From positions 333,808,001-333,872,000 of the forward strand of contig OZ024740.1 of assembly GCA_964016885.1 (NCBI GenBank): a stretch of 64,000 bases of DNA. The letters run 5' to 3'. Positions 55,560 through 64,000 of this stretch are shown one piece after another. The notes below the pieces were generated by a model, which saw only the letters and a list, made by a program, of their open reading frames with translations, did no database searches and was not told the DNA's origin. The stretch's first letter is position 1; each line of letters starts with the position of its first letter. Both the position numbers and the translations under genes were made by a program. The stretch comes from Eledone cirrhosa. Its lineage: Eukaryota.

Positions 55560-57420
55560 TACAGACAAGCTCCTGCCGTACGTATAAGGGGCCCCATCCC
55601 TACAGTGCTAACCTACTAAGAGAGATGGAGCCACTGGTGATGTAGGTACGATAAGAAAAAAGTCCGACTGCCTCTACAATATCATAGACCTGGCGGGTCT
55701 GAGAAGGGCCTCATCAAGAATTATATTGCGGTCCCCATTTGACGCTGCTATAACTTTCTATGGGCCAGCAACCTGTCCCGGGAAGCGTGAGATAGAAGGA
55801 CAAATATTTCGTCTCCCCAGACCAATGAAAGGTTTCAGAAGCGAAGAAACCTTGGCAATTGGTAACACCAGGCCAAGGCGCATCAACTAGTAGAGGAGGT
55901 CAAATGTTATCGGTTTGACATGGTCGGCTTTGTGAAGTTTTAACGGAGTTGTGACTGTTCAGCTCACACATTTCTGCTTCAGCTGTTAAGTGCTACTTAC
56001 AAAAGGGGCTATGTTTGGCGTCGGGTTATATGTGGACGTCTTGGTTCCATCAAGAGGTCATAGATTCCACCTGACTCATGAAGGAGTCTTACAAAATTTG
56101 GCTTGGAAATAAATTATCCTCGTACTTAAGGGACAATCATATGTGAATCCTCACAGCAGGGGAAGTAAAGTCTTCCAAAGTAAGGGGAAGACATTGAGGT
56201 TAAGCGGAAATCCGACTTCAGATCAGCCAATACATTGTTCTGGCAGATCATGCTCTGACTTAGTAATTAGTGGTCCTCATCCACGCGTGCAAGCAAAACC
56301 GCATCTGGTATTCTCTTCACCTCGCGAAGTTGAGAGAATATTTTTGCTGATCTTTTAAACCTGGTTACAACATCTGATGCGCACGTGGTGCATTGAGGAA
56401 TGCTCTTTAGCCTCACAGAGACTGAGGTAACGAGAGCAATTAAAAGTCTGAAATGTATCAAGGCTACTTGGAAGGATGAATTTCGAATTGAGGTTTTAAA
56501 AGCCTTAAATAGAAAACGTATTCTCTAGTTGATTCGTCCTGAGTCTGGAAACATGGACCTCCAGAAAGCATATAAGCAACGGCATTCGAGTGATAACGAC
56601 AATTTTCACAAGGGGAGACAAGCTTCATTGCTCCAAATGTAAAAAAAAAAAAGTATTTGTTTAGCCTCGCCGTTAACGGCTGTGCTATGTATCTGACAAT
56701 GATATGTACGGGTATTGTCGAGTTCAAGCTAGCGGGGTCGTGGGGGTGTGGTCAAAAGGAGTATACTTGTTTCCTAGACTTTGATGACGACAGTGTACTA
56801 TGTACGTCTTCAGAACGTAACCTCTGTCATGCACTTGATAGCTTTTTGGCCGAATGATTCAAGTATATCAAGTAACCCTGCGCAATGCCCTCTACATAAG
56901 AGTGGGATTCCATCCAGGCAGTATCTCTAGCCTGTGTTTACAATTATGTGCGAAACGTTGCAGGAGCCAGAGAGATAATGCACTCGTTTCAGCATTCTGA
57001 CATCAGAACAATTGTTGTAGTTGTAGAAGCCAAACTTAATCTTAGATGTTGTAAAATGTTGTAAACTATCTTAAATGCTGTATCAGTGTCAAACCTTACC
57101 TATGGTCATGAATGACAGAAAGCGACTGAAATGGAGTTCATTCTCTGAATGGTCTTTGATGTAACGTTACTCAATAGATTATGTAGATCTGAGATGAGAG
57201 TGCCGCTCCAGGCTGAGCCACTACTTCACTGAATTGAGTCACAACAGATCACATATCATGGACTTGTTGTTAGAATGTTCCAGGATTGAGATCATTAGAT
57301 GTAGTTACGACTGAGTCATCCTAATGGGAAACTGCAATGCACCTTTTTGCTCCGACTACCTGACAGGGAAAAGTGTGATTTGAAAAAAACATCGATCCTG
57401 ATCTAAAACACCGATCCAGA
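55560..57420 (+). mobile_element. Heavily decayed RTE-clade LINE
   Basis: LDFDDDSVLCTSSERNLCHALDSFLAE (RT motif C region), LTYGHE, and EPLLH.IES.Q. Confidence 0.6.
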
Positions 57421-58995
57421 CGTAAATATGAATGGAGAGGCCTACAGTCACATTCTTCCATAAATACACATCGTATAAATTGCGTCGGTGAATAGATCAA
57501 TAATTGATATTTTTAAAATCTATAATTTCTTCGATTCTGTGATTCAAGAAGAAGAAGAAGAAGAAGAAGAAGAAGAAGAAGAAGAGTTTTATATATCTCT
57601 TGATATCAAATCGGAGATACAAACCATCTTGCATAGTGAGAATTTGTGTATTGCTAGTTTTATGACAAGAGTCATCCTTGTTACAAATCAGATTTTCATG
57701 TAAAATGTTCAGTTGATGCAATTAGTATTCCATTACTCATCTACAAGTTATTGCTATCCATCTTTTGAAAACGTTGACATTAAATAAATAAATTAAAACC
57801 AACCTAATATATCTGATGTATTTTCCAACTGTTTCGATAGCAATCACATCGTGATAAAATACAAGAAAACCATTATATTCATTTTAAAATGATTTCATGG
57901 TGTCAAATGTATCGCCCATTTTAGTAGCGAAATTCTCTTGACAATATGATTGCCGAGTGGAGGCAAAAGAGAGTTTGACATCTCATAAAAAAGGATGAAT
58001 TTAATATCAAATATGTTTTAGTGATTTTGATAGTTAAAAGGGCTCATGAAGCTTTCCATTGTATCTGATTCCACATATTACGAGAATATTTATTATCCTA
58101 ACTTCTACTACTTAAGATGTCCAAATGCAGATATCTCAGAATTTGTTTCTGTCAACATACACGAACGAATTTGTGTTATTGTCAACCCTTAGGAAGTAAA
58201 TGTTTCTATACACTTTGTGAGAATAGCAAATGAGATGATATTGTTAAACTAGTATGAGAAACATTTTTCAGAATAATATGTTTACAACCACAAAATCCTT
58301 TCCAACGTGAATATTAATAATCATTAATCTGTTAAATTGCAGAAGACTAATAGTTAGTTTAACCTAATTTTGTATGGGGGGTTAACTTTAATAAAACCTT
58401 TTATGAGTCAAAATACCGGGTGAATAAAAAACATATAATCTTTATTTGTGTTCCAGTCGAAGCGTTCAGGACATGCTGGGGCACCGCAACAATTATATTT
58501 GCAAGAAATGTTAAAGTATTTTGGCTATTACTATGCAACACCTAAGAAATAACATCATGGATACTAACAAACATATGGAACCGCTAGAACTATAGCTTTG
58601 TTATGAACAATATTTGTTCTGGTCACTAAATCCATAAACCTACAAGTAAAATGCTATAGTAAATACTATCGTTGCCATTAACATGTCAACAGACAAAAAT
58701 ATATGTGTCAAAGAATTATAATTATGAAAAAAGAAAATAAATATTTAAGAAGTAATATTCATTAAAAAAGGGAATGTTTTAAAACATAGAATCCAGATAT
58801 AAACTATAATAACACTTGGCATTCTTGTCATTTCCATCTACCAGTAAAAAATTAAATTTGTCAAATAAGACGTGGAAATTTACTTTTTTATATTTTCACC
58901 TGGTTTCCTTTCTAATCCGACATCATCCTTTAAATGTATCGACGAATAAATCGCATTATCTCTCTCTCCCCCTCTCTCTCTCTCTTTCTCTCTGT

Positions 58996-59045
<50 letters not shown>

Positions 59046-59084
59046 CTATCTCTCTCTCTATCTCTCCCTCTCTCTCTCTCTCTT

Positions 59085-59123
<39 letters not shown>

Positions 59124-59168
59124 ATAAATATGCATGCATATTCTGCTGTACACACACATATAAGTGTA

Positions 59169-59248
<80 letters not shown>

Positions 59249-59306
59249 TATATATTTGTATATACACATATAAACATATATATATGCATATGTGTATGTA
59301 TATATG

Positions 59307-59342
<36 letters not shown>

Positions 59343-60256
59343 CGTGTGTGTATGTGTATGTGTGTGTGTATGTGTGTGTGTTTATGTGTGCGTGTGTGTG
59401 TGCTGCTTGTATATTTATACATACATACAGATAAGTTCGGCATTAATGTGCCAGTGTGTTTGAGATACATGCATATTTATACATAAATACAGATAAGTTC
59501 GGCTTTAAAACATGAGCTATATATAATCTCTTAAAGTGATATTATAGATCAGTATTAAAAGGATTATCCCTATTATGTATGATATTTTTAAGGAATATTA
59601 CCTATGATATATTCTAAAAGACTTACCAAATACTGTATTCAAATATTTCTTGTATTTTTTTTATTGTCAGTTAAAAATATATGCTATTTCCGATAACAAA
59701 ACACAAGCGCCCATATAAGCGAATTAACACGCATACACACAATTAGGAATATAGATTATGGATACACATACACAAACATATATACTCACGCACTTAGCTA
59801 CAATTTCCCGCTAGAGTTGACCAATAGATCTCAGCTCAACATAAATTATAACACTCAAACTAGACCGGGAACTTTTACTCTGTCATTAGGCAAAGCATTT
59901 TTGTTGAATGTGTAGATTGTTAAAGCAGTAGATCAAATATAAAAAATATGTGTGTAAAATAATATGCCTCCTGAATATTTGGATTACGACGAATCAGAGG
60001 TAGTAGTTGCAATGAATTCAACCATTATGAAATAATGATAGAATGAAGATTTATTAACAAATATATACTATTTGCAACGAAATCACATGCGCGCAAGCTT
60101 GGCATAGATTCCGGGTTACACATGTCATAAACTTTTCCAAAGCAAAATAGTCTATGTATTATCGCATCATGACCCGAGGTAGAGAATATATACATGCTGA
60201 TATAAACAAGTGACTTATAGAAGAAGGTGGGTATACATACTCCCCTCCCCTCACTC

Positions 60257-60329
<73 letters not shown>

Positions 60330-60352
60330 ATATATATATATATATATATATA

Positions 60353-61628
<1,276 letters not shown>

Positions 61629-62002
61629 CATTCATTGAGCAACATCGGTAAGGTTGGCACCATTAACTCACGGTTGGGTGTGGATGCATTCATGTATATG
61701 TGTGTGTCCGCATGTATCTGTGTATTTCTAAATATATTGTTCATAACTCCCTCTGGTCGAGTAATCTTTGAAGTGTGGTGACTGCTGGAAAGCTGCCATT
61801 ACTCATACTTCTCGCCTCCTTCACCACCTCTTCTACGGCTTCGATATAAATACCCCTCCCTCTCCGTGGTATTTTCTTCGGGGTTATAAGAGACTTAGCT
61901 CTGTTTCTCGACCGTTATATCGCGTGACTATCTCACCCTCCGCCTTTTGGGATTCTTTCTCACGTCGTGTAGACGCGTTCTTGAAGCTAGTAAAATGAGG
62001 TA

Positions 62003-62092
62003 TCCTCTTGATAAGTCGGCAGACCTCGCAAGGACTCTATATCTTTATAATGTATTGTTTTTGTTTATGCCACGAAACTACGTAGTCGAGGA
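62003..62092 (+). ncRNA. Type-I HHR, U3-A8 variant (family H), inside a ~540-bp insert (61624-62160) between (TA)n tracts
   Basis: tcctc-TTGATAA-gt(c)ggca...tgccac-GAAA-ctacgtag-tc-gagga, palindrome ACUACGUAGU, triplet GUC. Confidence 0.75.
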
Positions 62093-62187
62093 ATCTAGGA
62101 GCAGTTTAGGTATGATACATTTTATTACTAATTATATCTAAATGTTTCTTCTCTCTTCATAATGTATATATATATATATATACATAT

Positions 62188-62219
<32 letters not shown>

Positions 62220-62248
62220 TTTTATATATATATATATTTTTATATATA

Positions 62249-62302
<54 letters not shown>

Positions 62303-62569
62303 TATGTATGTATATATATATATACACACAGAAGTATCCACTGTAAGTTGTGGGGTCTATTCTGATTGCTTTTGAAAACAGCTGGTGATATACAAGTAAG
62401 TAAATATTCTCTCTATCTGATAGTTTGTAAACTTACATAGATCAATAACTGAGTAGAGATACAATGTATTATCACCATCTAGAAACGATCTTAAAGCAGT
62501 GAAGTATATCTCTAATGACTTGATTTTTTATGTCATTGTTTTAACTTATATTATATATATATATATATA

Positions 62570-63042
62570 TGTAATGAAGGGTATTAGTAGTGGTTGTTAG
62601 ATGAAATAATAAGAATAGCTGATTTCCATTATATATGAAATATTTACTTCACTTCAGTCAAAAAGAACAACAAATAAGTTACCACGAGTCGCAAAGGTTG
62701 ACGATGTTATTTTGTTGTTGGTTCATGAGGCGGGTGTAGTCTGAGACCAGGAGAGAGAGAGAGAGTAATGGCCTGTGATTGTCTGAAGAGCTCAGCGGCC
62801 TGTAGGTAGCGGTGAATCTTTCACATATTCTATAGCGGTGAATCTTTCATATATTCTATAGCGTAATGCGCAGCTCCCTCTGTCTGTCAGACCTGGGACT
62901 ATACAGGCTTTTTATACCAGTCGCTCTCTGCCTCCCGCCTCGAGGGACCGCCCACGCATCAACCTGTCCACGCCGATAAGGATGGTGACCTAGAATTTGA
63001 CTGTTAGGTGTCACCCAGGGTTAAAGGCGTGGACAGATTTCG

Positions 63043-63047
<5 letters not shown>
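62570..63047 (-). mobile_element. Probable solo LTR inserted in (TA)n
   Basis: Minus strand runs ta(tg-like)tagcg...TATAAAAAG...agtaaa...cattaCA, with an internal 26-bp tandem duplication and a small hairpin. Confidence 0.5.
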
Positions 63048-63097
<50 letters not shown>

Positions 63098-63127
63098 TCT
63101 TTAAGTCATTTGGAAGCCTCGACAATG

Positions 63128-63176
<49 letters not shown>

Positions 63177-64000
63177 CAGGCAGGAATTGAACAATCTGAC
63201 TGACTGAAAAGATGTACCCTATATATGCATTACCTGTAAAATATAACTTTGGTGCACGAATGGAAAAGTTATAATATTATGTATGACTTGTTAAAGAAGA
63301 GTTGGGTATTATTTTCTTAATCAAAATAAAAGGAATTTGCATATTTTAGTCATATATGTACATTGATATCATGATAGTCCTCGATATCTTGAGAGACAAG
63401 TAATTATGGTATAATCTTCTTCTAATAAAACAGATTCATATTGAGATATATCCATATGAAGTATCAAATTTAAAAGCCGTGAAATCCGTTGCATAAAATA
63501 AACATTATAAGACGAAGACAGGCGTTATATATATAAGCATATATAATGCGTACAACGAATTAAGTCATATATGTTAAACATATTATATTAATAAAAATAA
63601 TTAATTTGCAAAGTGAAGTCGATATACACGTGTAACAGGCTAGGTCGTAACGTCATTGAAATTATCTCTAATCAGAGGTATACCTACAATAGTAATCATA
63701 TCATGACAATAGCAGTCGAACTGCCTGTATATTATTAACTGAACGTGTTGCATTTCATATTATTCACCAAAGAAGAAAGACTCCACCCATTGTAATTAAT
63801 GAGAATAGCTAAATGAGCAAAGAAGCATTATTGTGTAGCGACACAAATATTGAAGAAACTAATCACTCTATAGCAATTGAATGAACAGAAATAGAAATTC
63901 CTTGCGTAGGTGTTTAATTTAGACACAATCTTACAAGTAAATCACAGTTGTTTAATTAGTGGTTGATGCATTATCCGATCTGAGTTACAGTACCACCAAA

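Overview
Eukaryotic, AT-rich, microsatellite-dense DNA with no intact host gene. The tRNA-derived SINE and the (TA)n/(CA)n density suggest a cephalopod, probably octopus (inference). The window is largely transposon debris: a decayed autonomous Helitron (RepHel with 23-aa STPR-like repeats), non-autonomous Helitrons, at least seven Penelope-like element (PLE) fragments, RTE, CR1-like and L1/Tx1 LINEs, five SINE copies and a probable solo LTR. The main signal missed by the ORF track is RNA-level. I count about 13 minimal type-I hammerhead ribozyme (HHR) motifs in at least seven sequence families, most with a palindromic stem III typical of dimer-acting PLE/retrozyme HHRs. They occur in a ~440-bp circularly permuted non-coding repeat with an octamer motif, a 522-bp tandem dimer, an 833-bp-period element, foldback palindromes, and the inverted termini of a GIY-YIG-only cassette. 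Together these suggest a PLE-mobilised retrozyme/circular-RNA system. All structures were folded by eye and need confirmation.
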